Source of the DNA: Gammaproteobacteria bacterium
GTDB taxonomy: Bacteria > Pseudomonadota > Gammaproteobacteria > BTQY01
Direction: 5' to 3'
Length of the DNA stretch: 64,000 nt
NCBI GenBank assembly: GCA_036986115.1
Contig: BTQY01000002.1
Coordinates: forward strand, 49,608-113,607
The translations under genes and the position numbers were made by a program. This document shows, piece after piece, positions 37,036 through 47,108 of the stretch. Positions within the stretch are counted from its first letter, which is position 1. Each line of letters opens with the position of its first letter. The notes under the pieces are model-generated. The model was not told the origin of the DNA, ran no database searches, and was given only the letters and a program-made list of their open reading frames with translations.

Positions 37036-37797
37036 TCAGCTCAGGCGCTTCCTGGTGGCTACCAGCAGGCCCAGCAGGCCAATACCGAAGAGTAACCAGG
37101 TGGATGGCTCAGGGACAACGGTAACACCAATATCATCCAGCGCAAAAAGTCCCTGAACATTAAAGTGCTCAAGATGACTCGGTGATGAGACCGCTAACTG
37201 GTAATGCTCGAAGGTAAGGCTGACTAAATTGGTAAATCCAAAATCGGCGAATGTTGCTTCCTGATTTGCAATACCATAATAAGTCTGAAAATCGACCGCA
37301 CCACCCGGACCATCTACGATTCCGTCCACCTCGTAGTTATCCCACCGATATATATATTCAACCGTGCTACCATCACCGCGCACTCCCCTGATTGTCAGGT
37401 CATCCTCCCAGTCTGTCGGTGCGCCGGCAAAATCAAAGTACACCAGATCAAAGTTGCAACCAGTTTCGCAGGTCATGACAATATCATCATGCCCCCCCAG
37501 GATGGTTGTGTCATTCCATGCCCAGTTAGGATTAGTATTGGAAACGTGCAGATCGTTTGGCTGACCCACGATACCAGCGGGATCAGTATATGTATTATTC
37601 ACCGGGCCCGGCGTAAAGATAAAACCGCCTGAGGAGACAGGGATGCCTTCACCGAGACTGGTTGAACCATCCGCTTCAACCAAACCAGCTAAATCCTCAA
37701 AATCAATAACGGTACCAGCGAGGATAGTCGCAAAAGCAGCATTGGCACTCAGGAGCAACGTTATCCCAAGCAAAATTGATTTGTAATGTGTGTACAT
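37036..37797 (-). CDS. PEP-CTERM sorting domain surface protein
   Basis: Signal peptide (AAFA); acidic Thr/Gly-rich body; C-terminal VPEPSTWLLFGIGLLGLLVATRKR. Confidence 0.93.
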   Translation of the reverse strand: MYTHYKSILLGITLLLSANAAFATILAGTVIDFEDLAGLVEADGSTSLGEGIPVSSGGFIFTPGPVNNTYTDPAGIVGQPNDLHVSNTNPNWAWNDTTILGGHDDIVMTCETGCNFDLVYFDFAGAPTDWEDDLTIRGVRGDGSTVEYIYRWDNYEVDGIVDGPGGAVDFQTYYGIANQEATFADFGFTNLVSLTFEHYQLAVSSPSHLEHFNVQGLFALDDIGVTVVPEPSTWLLFGIGLLGLLVATRKRLS

Positions 37798-37918
37798 CTT
37801 TCTTCTCCCACCCCAGTTACACTACGTAGACACGGTGTAATCTTTAATTTTAATGTATAACCTATTTTGTAGACACCAAGTACCTCAGTGGCTACATAAA
37901 CATACTGACGAATTCAGT

Positions 37919-38254
37919 TTAATCTGTCGGACCGTTTGTGCCACCTCTACGACGACGAGTATTAACACCCGTATTGCCACCACTACCCAGATCCTGAAAG
38001 CCCCCACCAGTTGCCCCACCCGTCTGTGGCGTATTTAATGGTGTAACGGTTGTTACCGGGAAGTTCACCGGGCTAAACGGACGCCCTGGACCGGCTGCAG
38101 AAGGTGCCGTCACATCAGCCGGGTCAGCACCTGCCAGAATGGCCTTGGCGGGATCATCTTCTGCGGCCCAATGGCCCCATTCCTTGACGGAATCGGCATT
38201 CGCCTGAGCCATAGCGAAGAATGCTAGAAAAATCAGGAAATTAGATGTTTTCAT
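37919..38254 (-). CDS. Small secreted low-complexity protein
   Basis: GAGGGG SD, Sec signal ending ANA-D, WGHW motif, then Pro/Thr/Gly-rich; co-oriented between the Slam-like and PEP-CTERM genes. Confidence 0.65.
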   Translation of the reverse strand: MKTSNFLIFLAFFAMAQANADSVKEWGHWAAEDDPAKAILAGADPADVTAPSAAGPGRPFSPVNFPVTTVTPLNTPQTGGATGGGFQDLGSGGNTGVNTRRRRGGTNGPTD

Positions 38255-38297
38255 TTTTATACCCCCTCAGGTATATATAAGTGGAAACGTAGCATGA

Positions 38298-39578
38298 TTA
38301 GAAGGTCCGTTCAAGTGCAATTTCCACTTGTTCGCGGTCATATGAGTAGAATTTAATATTCGAATCGGTATCCGTATACTGGTAATTCCCGGTAACTTGC
38401 CACTTATCCAGAAATCCCAGGGATAACTTATAGTTAAAGCCGACCAGGATGGTGTCGGTGTCCTCATTGCGAGCCCGATTAAATCCGGGTACCCGGCCAT
38501 CGTAGTCCAGATCCAGGTAAGTATAGCGGGCATAGACGTTGGCCTTCTTGGCAAAGCGACGATTGGCGCCAACATAGATCTCGAAACCATCGTTGCTGTA
38601 CTGACTGGCTTGCGAATTTTCGTCCAATAAAGATAATCCGCCCTGCACTGACCATTTTTCATTGGCAAAAATATGGTTCGCGCTTACCCCGGCAGTGATC
38701 AGGTCACTATCGCGACCACGGTCGACACGGCGATGATAATCCCGATCCTGGAACAACAATTCCGCAGTCAATTCTGTCTTTTTGTTGTTAAACGGCCAGG
38801 TAATCGACGGGTTCAGGCCGATATAGGTCGCAAATCGGTCATGGCCCAGGTCGATGAAATCGACCTGTAGCATCAGTTGACCGCGGAAACCGTCGATGGC
38901 GGTAAATGCCGGGCCGGTACCAAAGGTAACCACGTCCAGGTCATACGCCCCCTGATCATCGTAATCCACGCGATAATAACTGGCCAATGACTGCCAAATG
39001 ACATTCACCACCCGCTTGCCAATCTTGCGGGTCTTACTGAACATGTACTGGTGATCCACCCCGGCATAGGCGGTGATCGCATGATCACTCTTGGGCGCGA
39101 TTCCCGGGACTGTCATCACATTACCGCCTACCAAAAATGAGCTGCTACCCGGCCCGACATTGACGTTGTCATCGTACATATAGCCTATTGAGACATAGGG
39201 CGTCCATTGATTTTGTGGGCCAGCAGCGCGAATATTCGCCAGGAAATTGCGAATATTGATTTTGACTTTTTCCGGGGTGCCTGGGTCATTCAGGACTTTT
39301 TCGGCTTCTTCCCTGGCCTTTTTCAGTTCCTTTAAACGAAAATAGGCAACGGCCAACTCCAGTCGGGCACGATTTAATCTGGGTTTATTGGCCAGAATAC
39401 CCTGATATAGCCTGGCGGCCTCGGCATTTTCACCGGCACGGGCCTTTTTGTCGGCCTCTTCGAAGACCTTCTGCGCATCATATTCTGCTTCTGCGCTGGC
39501 TGGTAGTATCCAGCCAATGGAGAAGCCGAATACCAGCAATGAAAGAAGATAAGTTATTGTTTTTCTTCTTATTTTCAT
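38298..39578 (-). CDS. TPR + outer-membrane beta-barrel protein (Slam / DUF560 / type XI secretion-like)
   Basis: Signal peptide; TPR with RARLELAVAYF..P..V..NI; YDDNVNVGP barrel start; amphipathic strands; end SNI.FYSYDR...F. Confidence 0.75.
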   Translation of the reverse strand: MKIRRKTITYLLSLLVFGFSIGWILPASAEAEYDAQKVFEEADKKARAGENAEAARLYQGILANKPRLNRARLELAVAYFRLKELKKAREEAEKVLNDPGTPEKVKINIRNFLANIRAAGPQNQWTPYVSIGYMYDDNVNVGPGSSSFLVGGNVMTVPGIAPKSDHAITAYAGVDHQYMFSKTRKIGKRVVNVIWQSLASYYRVDYDDQGAYDLDVVTFGTGPAFTAIDGFRGQLMLQVDFIDLGHDRFATYIGLNPSITWPFNNKKTELTAELLFQDRDYHRRVDRGRDSDLITAGVSANHIFANEKWSVQGGLSLLDENSQASQYSNDGFEIYVGANRRFAKKANVYARYTYLDLDYDGRVPGFNRARNEDTDTILVGFNYKLSLGFLDKWQVTGNYQYTDTDSNIKFYSYDREQVEIALERTF

Positions 39579-39965
39579 TATAACGTCACCCTTCCCCAAG
39601 GTTCCTTATTCGTCATTGTCCTGCATCATCTGCAAACGCCATACTATACCTGCGATGAACTACAGAAGTTGTGTCAAATTATACGTTAGAAACGCTATAA
39701 AGGGAAAGAATAAAACCCATTTAATTCAACCTGATGTGGGTTACTTCCCCGCGCGCTCCCGGGCAAATTTCCAGACGTCGCAAGCGCACCCCAACCCGCC
39801 CCCTCAGCATCAGGTTTATTATGGTATTCTTAATGATATCAATAAGATAGCGTATATATCGGGTCGATAGCGGGCATTATTCGGACCCTGTAAATATTTG
39901 AGTATCATTATATATAGAATATGACCCAGTTGCGCATGTATGAGTAAAGATTCAACCGCTGAAGA

Positions 39966-40430
39966 TCAATTTAACGGGCTGCAACGAAGTGCCAGAATCT
40001 CCACAATATCCTCATCAAGGTCGCTGCGACATTCCCAAAAGACATTGCCAGCCAGTGCCGCCACTTCATTGCTGACCGGTACATATACCAGCCGGGTTCC
40101 CGCCTTCATAAAGCCAGCCCTGAGCGTAAGGGTGATCTTGCCGCCATCTGAAATCGTCAGCCTCTGGATGACCTTGCTGCTGGTCTTTATCTCATCAGGC
40201 AAACCTATGTCACGGTTATTATCCGGCCATTCACCGGTCTCCAGATAGGATTGTTCCACCATGACCCTGGCCTGGTGAATCAGATTCAATCCTTCGGTCA
40301 GCTCGCTGGCTTTCCTGTAGCGCCCCGACACCCAGCTGACATAGATGCTGTTAGCAAAAACCAGAAACACGGCCACGACAATACCCGCCAGGAATACGAG
40401 GATCAATGTCGAAGGTTTAATGTTTGCCAT
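39966..40430 (-). CDS. Membrane-anchored type IV pilin-like protein lacking the prepilin motif
   Basis: TM helix, then a pilin head (EGL.L...AR..V...Y..TGEWP.NN) and C-terminal Cys pair WEC...C; no G|FTLIE site. Confidence 0.65.
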   Translation of the reverse strand: MANIKPSTLILVFLAGIVVAVFLVFANSIYVSWVSGRYRKASELTEGLNLIHQARVMVEQSYLETGEWPDNNRDIGLPDEIKTSSKVIQRLTISDGGKITLTLRAGFMKAGTRLVYVPVSNEVAALAGNVFWECRSDLDEDIVEILALRCSPLN

Positions 40431-40636
40431 AAAATCTATTTACCATGAATCACATCAGTATAGTATTTTCTGTGGCATGCTACGGCCAGGCATACATAAT
40501 TGGCAGCAAAGGCCTGTTATGAAGGCTTTTCTAAACTGGGGAATTACAGTACAGTAGCGGCTGCTTCTCTCGTGCAGATGACCTGCTTATATCAGGATTT
40601 TTTCAATTCATAACGTAATTAGTTAAGGAGTGTGCC

Positions 40637-41323
40637 TTGATACCGGTATACATTGGCTATGACTCACGCATGGAACTTGTCTCCAGCGTGCTCATCCACA
40701 GCATCAACGTACGTGCCTCTGAGCCCGTCCAGTTCACCTTGCTAAACCTGAATCAGTTGAAAAATGTGTTCCACCGGGAGCTGCATGCATTGCAGTCCAC
40801 CGAGTTCTCGTTTAGCCGCTTCCTGGTGCCTTACCTGTCCAACTATGAAGGCTTCTCTATATTTATGGATAACGACATGATCATGCTGGATGACGTTGCC
40901 AGCCTGTGGGCGCTTCGGGATGAAGACTATGCCGTGCAGGTTGTACAACACACGCACCAACCCAGGGAAGACACCAAATTCCTCGGCGAAAAACAGACCA
41001 GGTATGAAAAGAAAAACTGGTCCAGTGTGATGTTGTTTAATAATGCCAGGTGCAAGGCATTAACCCCTGAATATGTGAACACCGCCAGTGGCCTGGAACT
41101 GCACCAGTTTAAATGGCTGGGAGATGACAGCCAAATCGGTGAGCTGCCGCACCGATGGAACCACCTGGTAGATTATGACCCGCATAGCAAAGATGTCTCC
41201 CTGCTCCACTACACACTGGGCGGGCCCTATTACGCCGCCTACACCGATTGTGATTACCGGGATGAGTGGAACCATGAATATGAAGACATGCAACATATTA
41301 TCCAGAAGAAAATGGATAAGTAA
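40637..41323 (+). CDS. GT-A fold glycosyltransferase (GT8/CDI-like)
   Basis: YIGYD, STEFSFSRFLVP, DxD (MDND), KNWSSVMLFN, LHQF.W, WNHLV, HYTLGGP. Confidence 0.85.
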   Translation: MIPVYIGYDSRMELVSSVLIHSINVRASEPVQFTLLNLNQLKNVFHRELHALQSTEFSFSRFLVPYLSNYEGFSIFMDNDMIMLDDVASLWALRDEDYAVQVVQHTHQPREDTKFLGEKQTRYEKKNWSSVMLFNNARCKALTPEYVNTASGLELHQFKWLGDDSQIGELPHRWNHLVDYDPHSKDVSLLHYTLGGPYYAAYTDCDYRDEWNHEYEDMQHIIQKKMDK

Positions 41324-41430
41324 GTATGTCATTCTTCCCGGTCTAATCAGGAGAATACTTTATGGTATGTATTCTATACCTGGTATCACTATCACACTGA
41401 CAAGCCGATTATTTTACAGGTAAGCCTTAT

Positions 41431-41817
41431 ATGAAAATCTTAACCAGCCTGCTTCTGATTATTGCGCCATTATTCGCTACGGCAGCATCACACTACCAGG
41501 GAATGAACAAAGCCGATATAGAAAAGTCAATGCAGCAAATGCGCGAATTACAGGCATGCATGAAGAACATTGATCAGTCAGAATTAAAAAAGATTGAGAT
41601 GCGTTCCAGAAAGGTTGATACCGAGATTAAATCATTGTGTGCTCAGGGAAAGCGCGATGCGGCACAAAATAAAGCCATCTCTTATGGCAAGGAGATATCA
41701 AAAAATCCGACCATGAAAAAAATGACCGAGTGTGCAGCGAAAATAAAACAAAGCCCGGCGATGAAAAGATTCATCCCTCAAGACAAAGATTATTCCAAAC
41801 TCAATGTGTGTGACTAA
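41431..41817 (+). CDS. Exported helical hypothetical protein with 4 Cys
   Basis: Signal peptide; Lys/Gln/Met-rich helical sequence; unopposed ORF in a gap. Confidence 0.7.
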   Translation: MKILTSLLLIIAPLFATAASHYQGMNKADIEKSMQQMRELQACMKNIDQSELKKIEMRSRKVDTEIKSLCAQGKRDAAQNKAISYGKEISKNPTMKKMTECAAKIKQSPAMKRFIPQDKDYSKLNVCD

Positions 41818-41862
41818 CATTCATTGAGAATGTTTGTATATCGTTAACCAGGCAATGATTGA

Positions 41863-42876
41863 TTATGCACAACTGGCGCTGCTCAGCATGTCCCTGTTGA
41901 CCTTACGCAGGTCTTTCATCTCATACGGATCCGCATGAATATCTTCTATGCTCGCCCCGGCCAGATAGGCCAGGCGTTTACTGCTATTGACCATCAGTGG
42001 GTCACCACACAGATAAACAGCAAAACCATTTAGCCGGGTGTGTCTGGCCAGCGCTATATCGTCTGCCCTGCCCCTGATACAGCCTGTCGGTACATCCCGT
42101 CCCGACAGGGAGGGGGTGTAATGGAAGTTGTGATGCCGTTCGCTCATGATATGCAGATCATTTTGCAGGTACAGGCCGTCTGGCTTGCGGCTACCATGAT
42201 ATAGATAGATGTCCCCCTGGTGTCCGCTCATTAACGCATCCCTGATAATGCCAATAAGCGGCGCCAGCCCGGTGCCAGTACCAATGAGCAGCAACGGCTG
42301 GCCCGGATTGCCCGGTAGATAATAACAACGGCCATTTGGTCCCTGGATATCCAGCTCGGTCCCGATCTGTACATCATCCAGCAGCCAGTTGCTCATCTGG
42401 CCATTCTCCATGCGTTTCACATGCAGCTCAAGGGTATCATCCAGCTTCGGGACACTGGCGAGTGAGTAACTCCTGACGAGGCCATCACGCCGGCGCAAGT
42501 TGATGAACTGGCCGGCACGATAATAAAGATCATTGGCGGGTTTCAGCCCTATACGGCAGACCCCGCTCGACAACAATGCTTTAGAGACAATGATACCGCG
42601 ACCATAGATCTCGGCATCATGCACCGATTCGATCACCAGTTCCCCGTCGGGCTGGCAACAACAGGGTAAAAAGTAGTCCTGGGCCAACAACGTCTCTTTG
42701 AGGCCCACTTGCGCCTCTATCGGGATTTTTCCATTAGTGGCCCGCATCATACAGCTCTGACAGATACCACCCTTGCATGAATGCGGTATATTTAGTTTGT
42801 TTCGTAATAATGTATCCAGCACGGTTTCCGTGTTAAAGCGTTCATACTCGGTGCCTTCAAATATAAATTTACTCAA
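41863..42876 (-). CDS. 2Fe-2S ferredoxin / FAD / NAD(P)H-binding oxidoreductase
   Basis: CKGGICQSC...C plant-type 2Fe-2S motif, RSYSLAS, GQMS, GTGTGLAP, YLCG. Confidence 0.92.
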   Translation of the reverse strand: MSKFIFEGTEYERFNTETVLDTLLRNKLNIPHSCKGGICQSCMMRATNGKIPIEAQVGLKETLLAQDYFLPCCCQPDGELVIESVHDAEIYGRGIIVSKALLSSGVCRIGLKPANDLYYRAGQFINLRRRDGLVRSYSLASVPKLDDTLELHVKRMENGQMSNWLLDDVQIGTELDIQGPNGRCYYLPGNPGQPLLLIGTGTGLAPLIGIIRDALMSGHQGDIYLYHGSRKPDGLYLQNDLHIMSERHHNFHYTPSLSGRDVPTGCIRGRADDIALARHTRLNGFAVYLCGDPLMVNSSKRLAYLAGASIEDIHADPYEMKDLRKVNRDMLSSASCA

Positions 42877-42895
42877 CTTTATCCCTTTTGTTGTA

Positions 42896-43285
42896 TCACA
42901 GGTTCAGAACATCATCGTGGTAACTGTCTACAATGGCCATCACCTGGTCTATCAGGCCCTCGGCAACGCCAAGTTCCTGTAATGCAGCCTTCAGGTGCGC
43001 GGCCACAGCAATAAAATGTTTTTCACTCAGGCCTCTTTCCACCATTGGGGCATGCGCAATACGCAGGTTCATGCCGGTATAATTGCCTGGGCCTCCGCAC
43101 ACCATCGTCAGGAAGGCCCTCTGTTTGCTGCGTTGGCGTTCCATATTCGTGTCATCAAAGAAATGGCATATCGTGTAATCACTGAGCACCCTGCAATAAA
43201 ATATTTCAACGGCTGCGGTCATGGTCTCTTCACCACCAATTTTCTCAAACAGGCTCCCCTCAGTTATTGTAACCCAATGATTCAA
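42896..43285 (-). CDS. Group I truncated hemoglobin (trHbN/GlbN-like)
   Basis: SLFEKIGG, FY..VL.D...HFF, Q..FL...GGP..YTG..L..AH, HF..V..HL. Confidence 0.92.
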   Translation of the reverse strand: MNHWVTITEGSLFEKIGGEETMTAAVEIFYCRVLSDYTICHFFDDTNMERQRSKQRAFLTMVCGGPGNYTGMNLRIAHAPMVERGLSEKHFIAVAAHLKAALQELGVAEGLIDQVMAIVDSYHDDVLNL

Positions 43286-43511
43286 TTACATAATCTCCTA
43301 TGTGGCTAGCCATATGCCCATGCCAGAATAGGGTATCGGCATAGCCACAGATTTCTTAAGGGGATATATCTTCGAGATGGGCATATTTTCTGACAGACCC
43401 TGGTTCGATCCATACACAATTTGCCAGGGTAGGCAGATCGACGTAAAGTTTCCCTGCCACAGGATACGCCGAACAACCGGCTTCTGGCATAAGCTGATTT
43501 TCAGGAGAGAT

Positions 43512-46500
43512 ATGACGCAATCATTACATACCACCATTGATGGCAATCAAGCCGCCGCTATGATGGCCCACCTGACCAATGAGGTCATCGCCATCTATCC
43601 GATTACGCCTGCTTCGCCGATGGGCGAATGGGCCGATGAATGGTCAGCGCGTTTACAAAAGAACCTTTGGGGAACCGTGCCCTATGTTATCGAGATGCAA
43701 AGTGAGGCCGGTGCAGCGGGGGCAATTCACGGTGCGTTACAAGCCGGTGCGCTGAGCACGACCTTCACGGCATCCCAGGGTCTGCTATTAATGATCCCTA
43801 ACATGTACAAGATCGCAGGTGAACTATCTCCGACGGTATTTCATGTCGCAGCACGATCACTGGCAGCGCAGGCCCTGTCCATCTTTGGCGACCATAGTGA
43901 CGTCATGGCAGCGCGCACCACTGGCTTTAGCTTCATAGTATCGAACTCACCGCAGGAAGTACTGGACTTGGCACTTATTTCCCAGGCCATCACGTTGCAA
44001 AGTCGTGTCCCGATTGTGCATTTCTTTGATGGCTTTCGCACTTCTCACGAGATCGCCAAGATCACTACCATTGATGATGCCGTAGTGCAGCAGTTAATTA
44101 GCGATGAACTCATCAACGAACATCGAGGTCGGGCGCTGTCACCTGAGCACCCGGTACTGCGTGGCAGCTCACAAAACCCCGATATCTATTTTCAGACCAG
44201 GGAAACCGTCAATCAATATTACGATGCCATGCCGGACACCGTACAGGAAATTATGGATCAATTTTTCGGGCTAACCGGCCGACAATATCACCTGTTTGAC
44301 TATGTTGGCGACAAAAACGCAGATCGTATCATCATTATGATGGGTTCAGGGGCCGAGACTGCTGAAGAAACAGTCGAACACCTGGCAGAACTGGGTGAAA
44401 AGACCGGCCTGCTCAAGGTGCGCCTGTATCGTCCCTTCTCGGCGAGTGCATTGCTGTCTGCGCTGCCGGATAGTTGCAGGACCATCGCCGTGCTTGATCG
44501 CACCAAGGAGCCCGGTGCCGATGGCGAGCCACTGTATAAAGATGTCATTAGCGCAATTGCCCAGGACGTCAGCGGGGCACAAACCCGATTCAGGACAATG
44601 CCAAAAGTCATTGGTGGACGTTATGGGCTGTCATCCAAGGAATTTACCCCAGGCATGGTCAAGGCCGTTTTCGATGAACTCCGGCATGACACACCAAAGA
44701 ACCATTTCACAATCGGTATTCATGATGATGTTACCAACACCAGCATTGACTGGGATCCTGCCTTCCGTACCAAAGCAAATGACGCTGCGGTTCAGGCAGT
44801 ATTTTATGGTCTCGGCAGTGATGGCACGGTCAGTGCCAACAAGAACAGCATCAAGATCATCGGTGAAAACACTGCACTGTATGCACAGGGATATTTTGTG
44901 TATGACTCGAAAAAAGCAGGGGCCGTCACGGTGTCACATTTACGCTTTGGACCGAGGCCAATACATTCAACCTACCTGATCGGTGATGGCGATGCGAATT
45001 TTGTCGCCTGCCATCAGCCGGTGTTCCTGGAACGCTATGACATGCTCGACAAGGCCACGCATGACAGCGTGTTCCTGCTAAATACAGCAGAAAGTCCAGA
45101 TACCGTCTGGGACACCCTGCCTGGACGCATGCAGCAGCAAATCCTCGACAAGAATATTCGTTGTCATGTAATCGATGCCTATGATGTTGCCGCCAGAACA
45201 GGAATGGGTAAACGCATCAATACAGTCATGCAGACCTGTTTCTTTGCAATCTCCAGAATATTGCCACGTGCCGACGCCATTGATGCGATTAAACAGGCCG
45301 TAGAACAGACCTATGGCAGGAAAGGTCAGCGCATAATAGACATGAATTTCCGCGCTATTGATGAGACCCTGAATTGCCTGCATCAAATCAACATACCGGA
45401 CAAGGTCAACAGGACGACTAAAAAGACTGCACTCGTACCCTCAGATGCCCCCAGGTTTGTACAGCAGGTGACCGCTGAGATTATCGCTGGTCGTGGCGAT
45501 GACATCCCGGTCAGTCTGCTGCCGGTCGATGGCACTTTTCCGCTGGGAACAGCCGCCTATGAAAAGCGGAACCTGGCGCTGGAATTACCGGTATGGGATG
45601 CCGAGTTGTGTACCCAGTGTGGTAAATGCCCGTATGTCTGCCCGCATGCGGCCATCCGCAGCAAGCTATTTAGTGAAGAGCACCTTAAAGATGCGCCTGC
45701 CAGCTTTAAATATGCCGCAATACGTGGGAAAGACTATCCAAAGGGAATGCAGATTAGTTACCAGGTAGCACCGGAAGATTGTACTGGCTGCGCGCTTTGT
45801 GTAGACATCTGCCCGATACGTGACAAAACCAATGCCAGCCATAAGGCCCTGAATATGGGAGCGCAGGCCCCATTGAGAGAGCAGGAAAGGAAAAACTGGG
45901 AATTCTTTTTAAACTTGCCGGAATATGATCGTACCCAGGTAAAAACAACCACCATCAAAGGCTCGATGTTGTTTCAACCACTATTTGAATTCTCCAGTGC
46001 CTGTGAAGGTTGTGGTGAAACTCCGTATTTAAAACTCGCCAGTCAGTTGTTTGGTGACAGAATGGTCATTGCCAATGCCACTGGATGTTCATCTATCTAT
46101 GGCGGAAATCTCCCGACGACTCCCTGGACGACTAATACTGAGGGTCGCGGTCCTGCCTGGTCGAATTCATTGTTTGAAGACAATGCCGAGTTTGGTCTGG
46201 GGATCCGTGTAGCTATCGATAAGCAGCGCGAACAGGCGCGCGAGTTACTACTGCGACTAAAGGAAGACATCGGCGATGAACTGGCCAATACCATACTTGA
46301 TGCTGACGAAGTGGATGAAGCTGGAATCCAGCAACAACGGCAACGTGTTAGCCAGCTTAAGAAAGGCTTATGTAACCTGGCGCAGTCAGAAGCACAGACA
46401 CTGACATCGATTGCCGACAACCTGTGCAAGAGAAGCGTCTGGATCGTCGGTGGTGACGGCTGGGCCTATGATATTGGATATGGCGGTGTCGATCACGTGC

Positions 46501-47108
46501 TGACATCCGGACGTGATGTGAATATCCTGGTACTGGACACCGAGGTCTACTCTAATACCGGCGGGCAAACCTCCAAGGCGACACCACGCGGTACAGTGGC
46601 AAAATTCTCTGCCGGAGGCAAACCAACAGCGAAGAAAGATCTGGCACTAATGGCGATGGGTTATCAGGATGTCTACGTCGCTCAAATCGCCTATGGTGCC
46701 AAAGATGTACAAACCCTGCGGGCCTTTCTCGAGGCGGAAGCGCATGCCGGCCCCTCGTTGATTATTGCCTATTCCCCCTGTATTGCGCATGGCGTAGATT
46801 TAAAGAACAATCATCGACAACAACAACTGGCCGTCGACAGCGGTCACTGGCCACTGTTTCGCTATGATCCGAAGCGCGCAAAAAAGGGGCTAAACCCGTT
46901 ACATCTTGATTCAAAAGCACCATCGATCCCTTATCGTGATTTTATCCAGACAGAGGCCCGTTTCAGCATGCTCTGGCACACCCACCCCGAAGATGCTGAA
47001 GCCTTCCTGACAGTATCACAAAAAGAAGTCACTGAACGATTCGAGTATTACAAACGCCTGTCTGAAATTCCCTGGCCTGCGGCTGAAGAAACACAGGAGG
47101 AAACATAA
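43512..47108 (+). CDS. nifJ: Pyruvate:ferredoxin/flavodoxin oxidoreductase (single-chain)
   Basis: YPITP, EMQSEAGAAG, two CxxCxxCxxxCP motifs, ACEGCGE, GGDGWAYDIG; ATG at 43512 follows AGGAG. Confidence 0.97.
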   Translation: MTQSLHTTIDGNQAAAMMAHLTNEVIAIYPITPASPMGEWADEWSARLQKNLWGTVPYVIEMQSEAGAAGAIHGALQAGALSTTFTASQGLLLMIPNMYKIAGELSPTVFHVAARSLAAQALSIFGDHSDVMAARTTGFSFIVSNSPQEVLDLALISQAITLQSRVPIVHFFDGFRTSHEIAKITTIDDAVVQQLISDELINEHRGRALSPEHPVLRGSSQNPDIYFQTRETVNQYYDAMPDTVQEIMDQFFGLTGRQYHLFDYVGDKNADRIIIMMGSGAETAEETVEHLAELGEKTGLLKVRLYRPFSASALLSALPDSCRTIAVLDRTKEPGADGEPLYKDVISAIAQDVSGAQTRFRTMPKVIGGRYGLSSKEFTPGMVKAVFDELRHDTPKNHFTIGIHDDVTNTSIDWDPAFRTKANDAAVQAVFYGLGSDGTVSANKNSIKIIGENTALYAQGYFVYDSKKAGAVTVSHLRFGPRPIHSTYLIGDGDANFVACHQPVFLERYDMLDKATHDSVFLLNTAESPDTVWDTLPGRMQQQILDKNIRCHVIDAYDVAARTGMGKRINTVMQTCFFAISRILPRADAIDAIKQAVEQTYGRKGQRIIDMNFRAIDETLNCLHQINIPDKVNRTTKKTALVPSDAPRFVQQVTAEIIAGRGDDIPVSLLPVDGTFPLGTAAYEKRNLALELPVWDAELCTQCGKCPYVCPHAAIRSKLFSEEHLKDAPASFKYAAIRGKDYPKGMQISYQVAPEDCTGCALCVDICPIRDKTNASHKALNMGAQAPLREQERKNWEFFLNLPEYDRTQVKTTTIKGSMLFQPLFEFSSACEGCGETPYLKLASQLFGDRMVIANATGCSSIYGGNLPTTPWTTNTEGRGPAWSNSLFEDNAEFGLGIRVAIDKQREQARELLLRLKEDIGDELANTILDADEVDEAGIQQQRQRVSQLKKGLCNLAQSEAQTLTSIADNLCKRSVWIVGGDGWAYDIGYGGVDHVLTSGRDVNILVLDTEVYSNTGGQTSKATPRGTVAKFSAGGKPTAKKDLALMAMGYQDVYVAQIAYGAKDVQTLRAFLEAEAHAGPSLIIAYSPCIAHGVDLKNNHRQQQLAVDSGHWPLFRYDPKRAKKGLNPLHLDSKAPSIPYRDFIQTEARFSMLWHTHPEDAEAFLTVSQKEVTERFEYYKRLSEIPWPAAEETQEET

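Noticed and set aside
39740-39810. Possible c-di-GMP riboswitch (GGGCAAA...CGCAAG)
   Set aside because: It lacks the GAAA-capped stem and second hairpin of the class I motif, and no co-oriented gene lies downstream.
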